NCBI RefSeq assembly: GCF_964204645.1
Contig: NC_134032.1
Span: forward strand, 8,110,275-8,174,274
Direction of reading: 5' to 3'
DNA: 64,000 nt
Origin: Tubulanus polymorphus
Taxonomy: Eukaryota > Animalia > Nemertea
The translations under genes and the position numbers were made by a program. Shown here piece by piece: positions 1 through 14,700 of the stretch (the stretch's first letter is position 1; every line of letters begins with the position of its first letter). The notes below the pieces were generated by a model, which was not told the DNA's origin, searched no databases, and worked only from the letters and a program-made list of their open reading frames with translations.

Positions 1-1140
1 CATAATGCATATTCTTCAAATTCCTTTTAATGAAAGAAATTATGATTTAATACTGTCTAAAAGTTACAATGATTTGATTATTTTAAGAATTGAAAAAGAC
101 AATTATATTATTTCAATTTTGATAATAAACAAATTATCTATAATGAAAATTCATCAAATATTGGAATTCAATGTGAATCAGTTAATGATGATAATTCTTA
201 TAAAGATATGGGAATTCAATGTAATTTAGATGATGAATTTAGAAAATTCATTCCTAATGAGAAAGTGTATCGTGATTGTGGAGGTAAATATTTTAGATCA
301 CATAAATCAAAACATTATCAAACAATAAAACATATCAAATATGAAGAGAATAATAATTCTATATTGAAATAAGATTAAGCTGTATGTTTCAAATATACAA
401 TAGTTAAAACATTGTGAAATAAGTTAATTAATAACTGTAAGACTGTAAGTTTAATTGTTATTTGATTTAATCATTTTAAAGTTTAATATTTCAAAAATAT
501 TGAATTAAAAACTATCAAATATTTATCAATTTTTAATTTTTTTTCCCTAAATAAATGGATGGTTTCATTCCAACTGGAAGTAGTGATTCAAAACATTATT
601 TAGTTGCTGGAGGGTTAATATTGGCAACGCTTAACTTTTACTATGAAAATATCAGTAAAGATTTGATGAATGAAAATATGAAATTAAGTAAGAAATTAAA
701 GAAGTTAAATGGAGACACAATCAAAAAGAATTAGGGGATAAAAAAGCATCTTTTAATTTAATTTATTTTATATATTTTAACTACCGGTATAAAAATGAGT
801 GAAAATATATCAAATTTATTACATCTCATTTACAGAAATCAAGAGCGCATTAAGTTGATAATTATGATTTCAGGATTATTATTCTTTTCATTTTAAAGTA
901 TAAAACAGCTGTTAGAATTCTATGATAATTGCAAAATTAGATACGCTGAATTAAAAGATAACATAAATTATCTATCGGATAGAAATCATAATATTAAGTG
1001 TTGTGAAATATGTAATAAAAGATATAAAAATGAAAATCATTAAAAACTCATAAATATATTCATGCATTAAATGAAAAATTATACGAATCAAAATAAGAAA
1101 TTAGACTGTTAAATTGGTTGAAAATATATTGTAAAAATAA
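1..1140 (+). mobile_element. Degenerate AT-rich virus/Polinton-like block with packed small ORFs (copy 1, cut by window edge)
   Basis: Very AT-rich and intronless. Frameshifted ORF 5-372 ends in a CGGKY..H..H..T.KH zinc-finger-like motif. ORF 555-734 (MDGFIPTG...) is preceded by TAAATG. A disrupted ORF 795-1096 has a hydrophobic segment and a CEICNKRYKN..H..IH C2H2 finger. The block is homologous to the reverse complement of ~54270-55090. No polymerase, integrase or capsid gene seen. Confidence 0.55.
555..734 (+). CDS. 59-aa putative membrane micro-protein of the AT-rich element
   Basis: MDGFIPTGSSDSKHYLVAGGLILATLNFYYENISKDLMNENMKLSKKLKKLNGDTIKKN. Open in both copies (paralogue 54688-54879 minus). 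Hydrophobic segment followed by a coiled-coil-like basic tail. Confidence 0.45.
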   Translation: MDGFIPTGSSDSKHYLVAGGLILATLNFYYENISKDLMNENMKLSKKLKKLNGDTIKKN

Positions 1141-1558
1141 TATTTCATTAAAAAGGGGAGGTTTTAAGTATTAAGGTATCTAATACGTATTAAATACGTA
1201 TCAAATGCAAATTATGCTTTATTTCTGAAATGTTGATTGTTGTAATGTTGTAATTTATTCATATATGATATTAGTGGTATCTTTACGCTGACTAGAATAA
1301 TATGAGTGATACTAAGATAGTTGGTTTATTGTTTTTCTAATATGATTTTAGTCAAATGTAAAGAAATTTAAAGTAAACGAGAATTTAATTTTAAAAAAAC
1401 AATAGGTTTCTTTATCTTTAACTAAATAATACTAGCTTATTCAATTCTAATGTTTTTATTATTGAATCTATTTAAAATATTATAATTTTTATTTTCTACT
1501 CACTCGACCTCTCGACCTTTGGCTTGAAACAACACTTTCCTATTTACTGATCGAAAAT

Positions 1559-1960
1559 CTGGGCCAAGTTTCACGAATGAATTCCTGAATAACCGAAATC
1601 TAGAATGTCTGGAAGCACAATAAACAACTAGTCCACTACTAGTAAAAGCTTTTATATTTCTATTTTTATTATTCATTTGTATCTGGTAATCGATCGAAAA
1701 AATACATTCTTTCACCTACAATCTTTATTCGTTTTTTTCTCAAACGCAATCAAACTGAAACACGATGAGTGTAATGATATCACTGCATCGTTGGGCAAAA
1801 ATGCTAATTTTTTTCCAAACTTTTTTTTCCAAATTATTTATACTCACCGGGCCACGGTAGCCACCATCCATGGATTTACATTTCAGTAAAATTATGATAA
1901 AAAGTGAGGCTGTATCAGATGAATTGTCCAGGGGATAAATCGGCAATGTAATATTCGCTG
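1559..1960 (-). pseudogene. Duplicated 3' end (last two exons plus 3'UTR) of the ShK-metalloprotease gene
   Basis: Diverged direct repeat of 8610-9013. Retains KCKSMDGGYRGP|gtgagt and cag|FDCV*, but the micro-exon acceptor is mutated (ttttactg instead of ttttacag). Confidence 0.75.
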
Positions 1961-1963
1961 ATG

Positions 1964-2045
1964 AGCCCACCATCGTTCAAATGCCATCGCAATAACGACC
2001 CAATTCGAGATAAAGCTTGTCGAAGACCCAACAGCAGAACAACAC
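1964..2045 (-). pseudogene. Class A GPCR TM3 fragment
   Basis: Minus-strand translation CCSAVGSSTSFISNWVVIAMAFERWWA matches the S.W..VA...ER..A TM3 pattern also present in the GPCR at 55702-56697. Bounded upstream by a stop and downstream by the duplicated protease segment. Confidence 0.45.
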
Positions 2046-2620
2046 TAAGCCTTACTGTAATGCACATATATCATTCATTATTATTACAGTTATTCGTGGT
2101 TTTATGTTTGATAATCAATTGAGTTTTGAGTCTGTCATACAGTTGCAATCTGTCATACAGTCGCAATTCTATACTGTCGCGCTCTTTGTATTCTTTATAC
2201 ACTAGTTTGAGCCTCGAATTACCATGGTTTGCGATTTTCAGTGCTGTGTATTCAAACATTTTCTACTCGCTTCACTGGCAGTCAGGTATAAATCTATGTT
2301 AGGTATACAGTTAGGTATAAATCTATGTGTAATGCATTTTTGGGTGTCATTTCTTCTACTGGCTGCGAGTGGAGCGAGTCTCTCTTTAACTCAAGGAAGA
2401 TAACGTGTTGTAAGTAAATTAAATAACCGCTTTTTCGTGAAATTATTCAACTTTTCACTTCAAACCTAGTGTAATTCAAATATTCACTTGTACTTAGTAT
2501 CTGTATTTTTTAAATTGCAGAAACCGCTTGACTTGGTTTTTCAACTGTGTTGTAATAAAAAGAACATTCATTATCTTAAGCAAGTCTTGCTGTTATCCTT
2601 GGGGTGCCGATATACTTACC

Positions 2621-4868
<2,248 letters not shown>

Positions 4869-4986
4869 CGAAAGTACCATATGTAACCTTGCTTGCTAAG
4901 GACAAACTCTCGAGTTACGTAGAAAGAGTGTGGGCGAAATGTAGGCTTGTCGTACTCACTTAATACTTAAAACGCTGTTGTTACCA

Positions 4987-5291
4987 GTACGTGACTGTAC
5001 GGTGATTTCTACAGGTTAGCCATATGTGAGTACGTTGACGCTCAGACTTGCAATATTGGGATTCGAAACCAAACGAAAAAAAAATCCGGTAGTAGTCCAT
5101 TGATTTACCCACTGTGCCACAGAACGTAACTGGTGGGTTGATGAAATTTGATTTACAAATAGCCTAGCCTCACCTAACCCAAACTCTATTCTTTTACGCA
5201 TGCGCGTTTGTAGATTATAGGAACTCACGTACAGCGTTTTTAGGGAACTCACGTACGGTTAACCTGTGGATATCACCGTACAGTCACGTAC
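4987..5291. mobile_element. MITE-like element with ~45-bp imperfect inverted ends and an internal tRNA-like segment
   Basis: GTACGTGACTGTACGGTGAT... at the left pairs with ...ATCACCGTACAGTCACGTAC at the right. Minus-strand A box TGGCACAGTGG and B box GGTTTCGAATCCC at ~5041-5125. Confidence 0.55.
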
Positions 5292-6054
5292 GCGTTACAA
5301 TTTCGTACTTAAAATGGTATTGGCTTCTATATAATAGGCCTAGACAAATAAATACCGGTAGGCTTTCTTATAATCTTAGCTTCCACACTTCACAACCGAA
5401 CCAACGGACCAACCAGTATATTTATTTCCAGTACGCACCAACCGGCACAGGCCTAACACTGTTTGTCAACTGTGTGTACCGTAGTAGGCTATCGATAATC
5501 ACCTGATACTTTTCTGTCGTTTGTTCTCTCTCTCTGAGACGAAGACGAACGTAATTCTAGTAGCCTTCCGCGACTCAACGATTGATTTAAACTTGATCAA
5601 TTCAAAGTGTGTTTATTGTCGCTTTTGGTTACATGAACTGATCTGCAATATATCTGCAATAAAATAACCGGAATAACAAGAAATCAAGAATAAAGAGGTA
5701 ACAAACAAATGCCCGTAAACCTGTCAGACACGCGAACGCCGGACTCGTAAACTCTTGGACTCGGACCCGCTGAGCAATAAATTCATAAAATTGACTATAA
5801 AATTGATTGTGGAGAAGAGAGGGAATTATTCGATAGCTCTTCCTCGAAAAGAAGAGAGAAATATCGGTAAGAAAACACAACATGGCTACTAATTGAACGG
5901 AGCCAAATTTCCGATGTTTACGGCTCGACAGTGCCTTTATAACGTGGATTTATCAAAATTCCCATGCAGTATCTGGAGATTGAAGTGAGCTGAAGGACAT
6001 CATACGGATTGTATCGGCGACAGCGGTAAGGTAAGGAAGCCTTTACACTTTTAA

Positions 6055-6142
6055 CAAAAACTATGTGGAAAAGGGAAAAAATAATAATAATAATCACGCG
6101 AATTTCAATAGGTGTTTTCTGTGAAGAAACAGAAAACCCTAA
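6055..6142 (-). mobile_element. Helentron/HINE-like short element end
   Basis: Reverse complement is TTAGGGTTTTCTG..CAGAAAAC(A)CCTATT hairpin followed by (ATT)n. A related copy lies at 57161-57300 on the plus strand. Confidence 0.4.
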
Positions 6143-6145
6143 TTA

Positions 6146-6902
6146 CTTGTTTGATGGCGCTAGTCAGAACCGGAAATTGGAACCTAAATCCTCCATGCTC
6201 TAGTTCATTTGCAATGAAAATCTCTCGCTTCAAATTTTCAATGAGCGATATTTTACTTACTATATATCGTCACGTGTAATCCTTTATTATGTTATTCGAC
6301 CGCTATGTTGGATATGATAAAACATCACTGCGAAGGCTAGAAATGACTATAAAGGTCCTAAAATTATCAAAACATTATCAAACATTTTGCAACGGCTGAA
6401 GATGTAAAGACTGGTTGCCAGGTATCGCATGGTGGCAGCACTTGACGGCCCAATTTCGATTGTTGGTTCGAGTCCTGGTACTTTTCATATTATTATTATG
6501 AATCTACGAGTGTAGTCCTTCTAAAATCAATTTCATTTCGTAATATTATTTCATATTTATCAGTGTAGTCTGCAATGAATTCACCTTTGAGTCTTGAACT
6601 CAACAACAAAGTGATGCCACCCGGCACCAGTCATTACTTCCGTTAACTGCTTCGAGCGTCATCGCTAAATTTGTGATTTTTGGTAATTTGTTGACATTTC
6701 TCGTAATCTTTAGCGTTCAAAGTGAGGTTTTATCCAATTCAACACATTGTCAGGATATACTTAAAGGATTACGCGTGCCTATGTATAGTAAGTAAAATAT
6801 CGCTAACTAAAAACTTGAAGCGAGAGATTTTTATTGCAAATGAACTAGAACATGGCGGATTTAGGTTCCAATTTCCAGTTCTCACTAGCGCCATCAAACG
6901 AG
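6146..6902. mobile_element. Foldback/MITE with long (~200-250 bp) TIRs and TA flanks (Tc1/mariner-type, non-autonomous)
   Basis: CTTGTTTGATGGCGCTAGTCAGAACCGGAAATTGGAACCTAAATCC pairs with GGATTTAGGTTCCAATTTCCAGTTCTCACTAGCGCCATCAAACGAG. TA at 6144-45 and 6903-04. Confidence 0.8.
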
Positions 6903-6909
6903 TAATTCA

Positions 6910-7560
6910 AGAACTTGAATTTGTCGATATCCCGTATTGGCCTTCATTCAAGCTAAAAGACCGTACTGCTTCCAACGAGCCTATAAACAACACTCGGTGG
7001 CAATTCACGACGGATCATTTTTTCGGCTCAAAATGGAGACTACCGTTTCTATTGTAATCGTACGACGATTTCCACCACTTGTATGGTACTACCACCTCCA
7101 CCACTGTTATGGTACGAAGATCTTCACCAGTTGTGATGGAACTAAACAATCTCTGTACCACGTTGTTGTGTCACCTCATTATTCTCACTAATGCTGTGCC
7201 GATGGATCTTCCTCTTTTCTCAAGCAGATATTAAGTGAACACGTACAAGTCTTTCTTATATGATGATCACACTGCTTCTTTATTTTCTCTTCTTATTGTT
7301 GCATATCTTTCTGCTTTATCTCCCCCAACTCTCTTAACTTCAAAAACCTTAGACTTATATACTATTTGGCACATTCTTTACATTCCTATACCCTTACCTC
7401 ACCCGCTTCTATCCTTACCCTATTTTGGTTTTATCAATCCTGGCTACTTCCATTCTAGCCTACTCCCCCTGTACTACACTAACCATCCCTTAAAAGTCCT
7501 TACATAATAAATATAGTTACTAAATGCTGTTCTTTCCTTTCAACATACTCCCTCCTTGTA
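6910..7560 (+). mobile_element. Possible degenerate LINE 3' end
   Basis: SCDGTKQSLYHVVV resembles the C-terminal CCHC region of LINE ORF2, followed by pyrimidine-rich 3'UTR-like sequence. Confidence 0.3.
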
Positions 7561-8792
7561 ACCCGAGCCATTTGTCTGCAGTGTGCGCACCAGCACACAT
7601 CTAGTGTGTGCTAGCGTGCTCACTGCGCACACACTATCTTTTCCCATACACATAAAACCCTATGAATATTGCTTCTACACTATCATGGTCGACAACAAAA
7701 ATGCTGATGTTTCACCCTAAGGAACGATTTCGATTGCGGGATCTGTGAGATAACCCCAAGTCCACGCGATTACAGAGTTTTAGGCTCAGAAAACGACAAC
7801 TAAAACTTTAGGTACCATAACAAATTCGAATCAAGGTCGAATTCAAAATAGCTTTATTAGTCATTATTTATTGGTCAACGTTGAAGAAGACATTATCGGA
7901 TATAAAACATCAATAAAGGAGTTGAAACAAACATAAACACAGATAGTTTTTCTCAAAGATTTCACATAGAAACCATTGTTTTTGGTGGAAAACTGCATTT
8001 TGCTTTCGACCACACACTTCGAATCCATTTCTAGGAAAAAATGTCGATAGCATCGTCCAGAATGAAGGAGGCTTCGTCCATTTCCAACGAACGCACTATT
8101 CGACATCAAATAACGTATGCGTAAATCCGGAATGCCAGCCCGGACACGTCATTTAAACTCACCCGTGTAACAGCGAAAAAAACGCTGTCGAAAAACACAG
8201 GAATCATCGTATGCATTTTTTACATGTCGACATCATTAACCTAGGTATGCAGAGGTAATATCGTTCATTGATGTATGTTATGCATTGATCATTATTTTCT
8301 TCCATTTTCCAAGCAAATAATATATCAAAGGCGAAAGTTGGTGAAGCACACAGTCGAAAAATATTCAATATTAAATCAAATCAAGGGCAGTACTCATCTA
8401 CGAAATGATTTCATCGTGCACAATCTCTAGGAACTTAGGTTCAAACTCATTACTCGAGTATGAGTGCAACATAGAGCCAATATCAACGAAAATATTGAAA
8501 CATTGCAAAAGATTTACTGTGAGTGAAGAAGCTCTGAATCTGCTCTCGGGAATTAACCGCGGAAAATTAATTTCAAGCGCAGACTTATACATATAAACCA
8601 TCGAAAACCTGGGCCCAGTTTCACAAAACGAATGAATTCCTGAATCAGGATGACCGAAATCTAGAATGTCTGGAAGAAGAAAAGATAACTACTAATAAAA
8701 GCCTTTATATTTCTTTGTTTTATTCCTTTATATCTGGTCACCGATTTCGATAGAGAAAAACTATATTTTCTACAATCTTTCCTCGTTTTTTC

Positions 8793-11700
8793 TCAAACGC
8801 AATCAAACTGAAAAAGAAAACAACGAATATAATGATATCACTGCATCGTTGGGCAAAATGTTATTTTTTCCAAACTTTTATATTATCTATACTCACCGGG
8901 CCACGATGGCCACCATTTCTAGATTTACATTTCTGTAAAATTATGATAAAAAAAGTGAAGCTGTATCAGATGAATTGTTCAAATGGGACAAATCGACAAT
9001 TTAATATTCGCTGGTGTACGTGATATCGGGATTTATAGAGCCAGCGGCCATCTTTTCTAGAAGGGACTGTTAGGTTTACACGGGTTTAAGGAAATGTGAG
9101 ATGATGGAATTTTGTGATTTCATTGGGGAACCTATATGGTAGCAGCCATCTATTCCTAAAGTTGTGACTTAAGCAGTTTGATTCTGGTAAGATGAAAATG
9201 TGGAATGATGCAACTTTATGATTTCTTTAAGTTATCTTTTCCTTAAGTTAAGACTTTGGCAGTATGATTCTCGAATGATGAGAATGTGGAATGGAATCCA
9301 GGACGTAATTCTAAAATTGTAGGTTAACCAACAACTGATAATTGATTATCTTTGGAGCTAGGTACTCGGGCACTAGTTCACTAGTTCGTATCTCCGCTCG
9401 GGATTCTTAAACTGTTCAACATCAGTTTTTCCTCGCCCCAGATTTAGATGAATTGACCTCATTGTTACCAGTATTTTCCGGGCGATGTTTCTTTTTTTGT
9501 CAGATATGATCAATATTTCCTGGCTGAACGTACCTTATTGACTCCGCACGGTTTTCCGTTCATCCACGCCCCTTCCACTCCGGAATAGGCACCTGTTTCT
9601 GACTGGCACGGAATTCCTTTGCAAATATTTCTTGCCAACCACTGCAATTCAATCAGAGTTCTGAGATAGATTTGACCCTTATTTTGGTTTTCAAGTCAGA
9701 TCCAACTCGCATCCGCAAAACTAGATCTAGATGCACGGGTATGGTATGAATCTTACTGAGTATTTGATACTAATTGATTTTTAAGAAATTGAAAATTGAA
9801 AACTAATCAGAATTTAGATTCAAATTTATCAAAAATTATATGCAAGGCATTCTTTAAGCATGGCTTTTTTCTCTATTCAATCTCAGTGAATTGAATAATG
9901 TCATACCCATTCTTTATTTTCCCACAAGACTTTATTGATTGTATAGCGTGAATTCGGGGTTCCTTTCGCTCCTTTCGCGGCTCCGAACGTCCACTTTTTG
10001 CCGTCGTTCTGCGAACTGGTGCAGAGATCATCGAGTATTTTTCGTTCGGCGTCGTTCACCGCTCCCGGTAAAACGGTCGGCTTCGGCATTTGCCCGCATT
10101 GATAATCCATACACGGGTACACCCAGTCATCACTGCGGGAAAATAGAAAACCTGTTTTTTAAATTGCTTTCAAAAAAACACGAGGAAAAATTGCTGTGCA
10201 TAGGCATCTTGCTTCAGAAATATATGGCCTCGAGGGAAAAGGTGCAACCCGAAATGATGTATTCAAAAGTGCATGCACTGGCAAGCCTGTATCAGTGAAG
10301 TCTGAATAAGTGCGTCCGGGGTGGTTTTAGACTAAAACCTCTGACTTAATTACAAATCATGACAAATCGACTGAGCCAACAATCGCGTCTGTAAACACTA
10401 TAGAAATGGTCTGTGTTTTTAAAAGTAGAAAAAGCCCTTTCATAGGACCTTTCAGCGTTTGATGTTTTCTTTTTTAATATCCAAATCCCTCAACCCAGTG
10501 AACGCCACTCCAGGTGTTAAATGCAATTCGAACTTAGAAGAGTCCCGCCATCCATCTGGCGGGAGGACTAGTAGCATGGGACCAGACTGGTCTTGAATAT
10601 AAGTCGTGGTTTCGTACCCCATTCAGAGTATTAATTTCGGTGAAATACTTGAGAAAACTCAAAACTCACTTGAAAATTTCCTTCGCTTTTTGTTTGATGC
10701 ACTGAGACCAGGTGAAATAGCGGCCGGGAGCCGTCATTATACCATTCCTACAGTGACCTTGCTGCGGGTGCATGAATCCCAACCTGTCGAAAAATGATAT
10801 TTGATACAATTTCCATAAAATGAGTAATTCGATTTAATTGATGATGAAATAAATTACTACTATCATTATTACTAGATCTGTTAACGTAATCAATTTTTAG
10901 ATTAAAGTGTTAAAGTAGTTAATATCGAGTTTGTAACTAAGAATAAACCTCTAAATATCACTTTCAATTAAAATAAATTGCCCATCGGCAAAAGGAGGTT
11001 TACCTTGAAAGCTAGAAGTTGTTTGGAGCAAGGGCATTGTTTATGAAAAATATTTTTCATTCGTGACTTCAAAGTTCTATAAGTTTATATTGTATTTTAT
11101 CTTTCTCAAATAATCATTTTGCCGTCAAATAAGGCCAAAAATATACATTTGTTTACGGTCCACGTCCAAAATTTCATAGGGTACATGTAGGTAGGGAAAC
11201 TATTTTATATTTTGAAAAAATATTTTTCACGATATGAAAAAATATTCATTTAAATTAATATTATGTCACCAATCAGGGCGCAAAACAAACTTATAGCGCG
11301 CAAAAACGGATTTTTTCGTTTTTGCGCGTTAAAAGTTTGTTTTTGCGCGGTAATATTTGTTTTTGCGCGTTTTCGTGGAGGACGAAAAAAAATTTTACAT
11401 GTCCCGAATCAGCCACCATAGGTTCGCCATGCGATCGCATTAATTATACGTCGTTTAGGCCGAGAACCAATGAAAAAAATGCTCACATAAGAAAACATAC
11501 CGCGATTTTACATAATTGGGCTCAATGCCAACTTCAATTTCGCTAACAAAGGTAAACCAAAAAAAGTATTCCGAAAGTAACCTCGATTTTTTTTTCATCG
11601 ATAGACCCTGTTGAATCGAGAAGATACACAATATCCGTGTAAGATGAATAACGAAAGAAATCCCTCAACAGATTCAGCCAAAAATGAAAAGTTCTATAGG

Positions 11701-14700
11701 CTATGTTCTAAGGATGCTTCTGTCTCTATTAATAATGTTTTTTGCTTGATTTCAATTTATGATGGAATATTTTCTCGCATGTTTGTTGAAATAATTTTAG
11801 ATTCAGCTGACCTTGTTTCGTACTTACAAATGGCCGGTTTCGTGTGCGAATAGCTTATCGTAAACCATGTGTTTATAGGTCGGGTCTCCGTGTACGATAC
11901 CGCAGTTCCAAACGGGCGTGGTCTTGCAAGCGCTGCCTATAGCCCGGGTGCGACCTCGAAAAGTGTAAAGCGGACGAAATTGAAAAAGATTAACGAAACG
12001 AACTACCACAAAAATCTCACTATCGGATGGATATCTAGGGCTTTGAATAATACGAACATTTGAAGTATTTCCCAGTATTCATAAACTCCCCTTATGAATA
12101 GAAAACTATATGAATGTGGTTTTTTGCGACCTTCGACCTCTGGTGTGAAACAAGATATTCCCTATTACTGCCTACCTATCGACTTCGCCCTATAGACATT
12201 TCATTAATGTTTTCCTTAGTTGTGATTCCGGAAGCCATTGAACTTACCAGCAGCGCCTTGTGTCAAACGTCGGCCTTCATTTTTGCTGAAATTGATGAAA
12301 ATCATAGATTCAAATGACGTCATCAAATAGGAGGCGCTAAAACACGTCGGTCAAACGTCAGAAGTTCCGGAATTCACAACTGTTGAGCGATTTCGTGGTC
12401 AAACGTCATCAAGTTACGGGAATGTTTTGATCGGCGTATTTAGAGGTATAAAGGATGATTATTGTCAACATCGAAATTCAAATGTTAACCTATTTCATAC
12501 TTTAGCGAAAGAAACGCGCGTTTCGTATTGTGCATGAAGTAGCTAAACATACGATCGTAACGTTCGTACTCACTGTACAAGGTACATGGCCATGTCCCAG
12601 GGTTTACCCTTGTTTCGTTGAGCTAGACGTTTCGAGTATTCGCAGAACGAAGCCACGGCGGCGCCGTCCCGTCCGGCATCGCGGATATACTTGTAACTTT
12701 CCGTCTGAATATATTGCTGTGAGAAAAAGGACAGTTTTTTTTCAATATCATTTCGTGTCTATGTTGGTTGTTTTTGAGAACATTGATATATGTATACGGA
12801 TCAACGCGCGATAAATAGCGTAACAACAAAAAGTTGCATTCAAATTGCGAAATTTTTCTATCGTGCATGTTGCCATACAATATATATATATGTGAGTATG
12901 TCCCGAATCAGCCGCCCTACATTTCGAAGTCAAAAGTCCTTTTCATTCGTTTTTCCTTAAAGAAAAGATCTATTTCCCAACTTGAAAAAGTGGTTAGATC
13001 TTGAATTTTTCGACTGTACGAATTGCTGCAACAACGCATTTTTCTACAATATGCAAACACTCAGAGGAGATCATAAATAAACCGAAATATGCACCAGGTT
13101 CTTCTGCGAGAGATGATCGTTCTTACTTTTGAGTTTTGTTCGAAATATACGAACAGTTAATAGGCCATGTCAAATAGTGAATACTTACAGCCTCGGATTG
13201 TGAGAAAGATCGGACAACGTTCATGTTGAATTTGATGTCGATTCCGTTCAATTGTTTGTAACTATAAACTTCATTTAACTTCAAAAATGAAAAAAAAAGA
13301 AAAGTGTGAAATCATTACGATTCGTCTGAATGACACCTCGTGACCTAATTCAATTTCAAAATCAGAATACTCCATTATATTGGAGCGAAACATAACCGCC
13401 TACTATCGACAATAACTATAATCTGCAATAACCATCGGGGTAACACTGTGTCCGTGTTGTGGCGAAATATACGGCGAATTTATCGAATTTATTCGAATTA
13501 ATGGGTATCGTTGATTTTCGTTGCAACAAATATGGCCGAACTGCCAACGAGTGGCCACCATTTTCTTTTCTCGGGTATACCCAGGGTCATACCGTGCTCT
13601 TGAGCGTGGTAAGGCAAGTACAGTACCCAAAATTAGGTTTACCCTTGCATAAATGCGTCGAGTACCATACTTGAAAACGAATATAATTTCGTCGATTAAT
13701 GCGCAGTTGGGGTAATCGGAACTTAGCACGTTTCGATACATTCGCCTATAGAGAATCCCACGCTGATACGATTAGGTTTTTTCGGACTTAATCTTTTTCG
13801 TTAAGTCGGTGGGATTCTCTATCTGCATTTCTCCGGTCCTAAATAAAGGTTAACAAGTCGTACATGATGATCTCTTTTTTGAAAGTGGTGTCACTAGCCT
13901 CAATCCATGATCACCACTGGCATTTAATACACAGCTACCAAGTGCTGCCATTATATCATTGAATTCGTATGTTCCAAAATTGTCAAATATAAAATAGTTG
14001 TTTTGTTATTTTTTCAATTGGATATTGATGGTTCCTTTTATTTTGTTTAATTGACTGTTTGAATAATACTCATGGTGTTCCCCTTAGATTCCCAAAATAA
14101 ACGAAAAATGAAGTTCGATTCATTGCTGTTATTCGATCTAAACATGGCCGTCGAACAATTCAGGTTGTCAAAACAGTTTAACAGAACAATTGGATACCTT
14201 TTGAGCCAGGTCATTTTTAATGGCCTGCACCATTGCGGCCTCGGAGTTCGGTTGGTGTTGTTTTCGCCAGTGATCGCGCAGCATCGGAGACACGAATATG
14301 GCCATATCAGCCGTACGCCAATATTTACCGGAGATTCCTAGAAAATTGAGATTCAATAAATATCGTTTTAAACGTTTGAACCAAAAGCGCTAGGCTGATT
14401 CTAAGAACCATTTCTAACTTGACATTGTAGGTTGATATATGTACCGGTAAAACTGCGATCCGGTGAGCAGCCACTGTCGAGACTCGAGTTCAAATGGTCC
14501 CTCAAACAGCATGGTCACCTCAAACAGATGACGGGCCTCATAACTTTTTTTTCCACTAGATGGTACACTAGTCAACCTGGCAGCTCAAACTGGACAGCAT
14601 GTTTGAATGTGCTAAAACTCGTGGGGAATGCTAGCATGCAGTGGAAGGTTTTGATAAAATGACGGCAACAAACTGCTTTAAGGAGAATCTAGAATTCGTT

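Noticed and set aside
5880-6035. Possible plus-strand first exon (AAG|GTAAGG donor)
   Set aside because: No ORF or downstream exon could be linked.
5041-6485. tRNA genes
   Set aside because: A/B boxes present but no proper acceptor or anticodon stems.
13640-13746. Candidate exon of the metalloprotease (ANVSKRAKFRLPQ...)
   Set aside because: Its acceptor derives from a MITE end; exon 13189-13278 has better splice sites and fits the reprolysin pattern.
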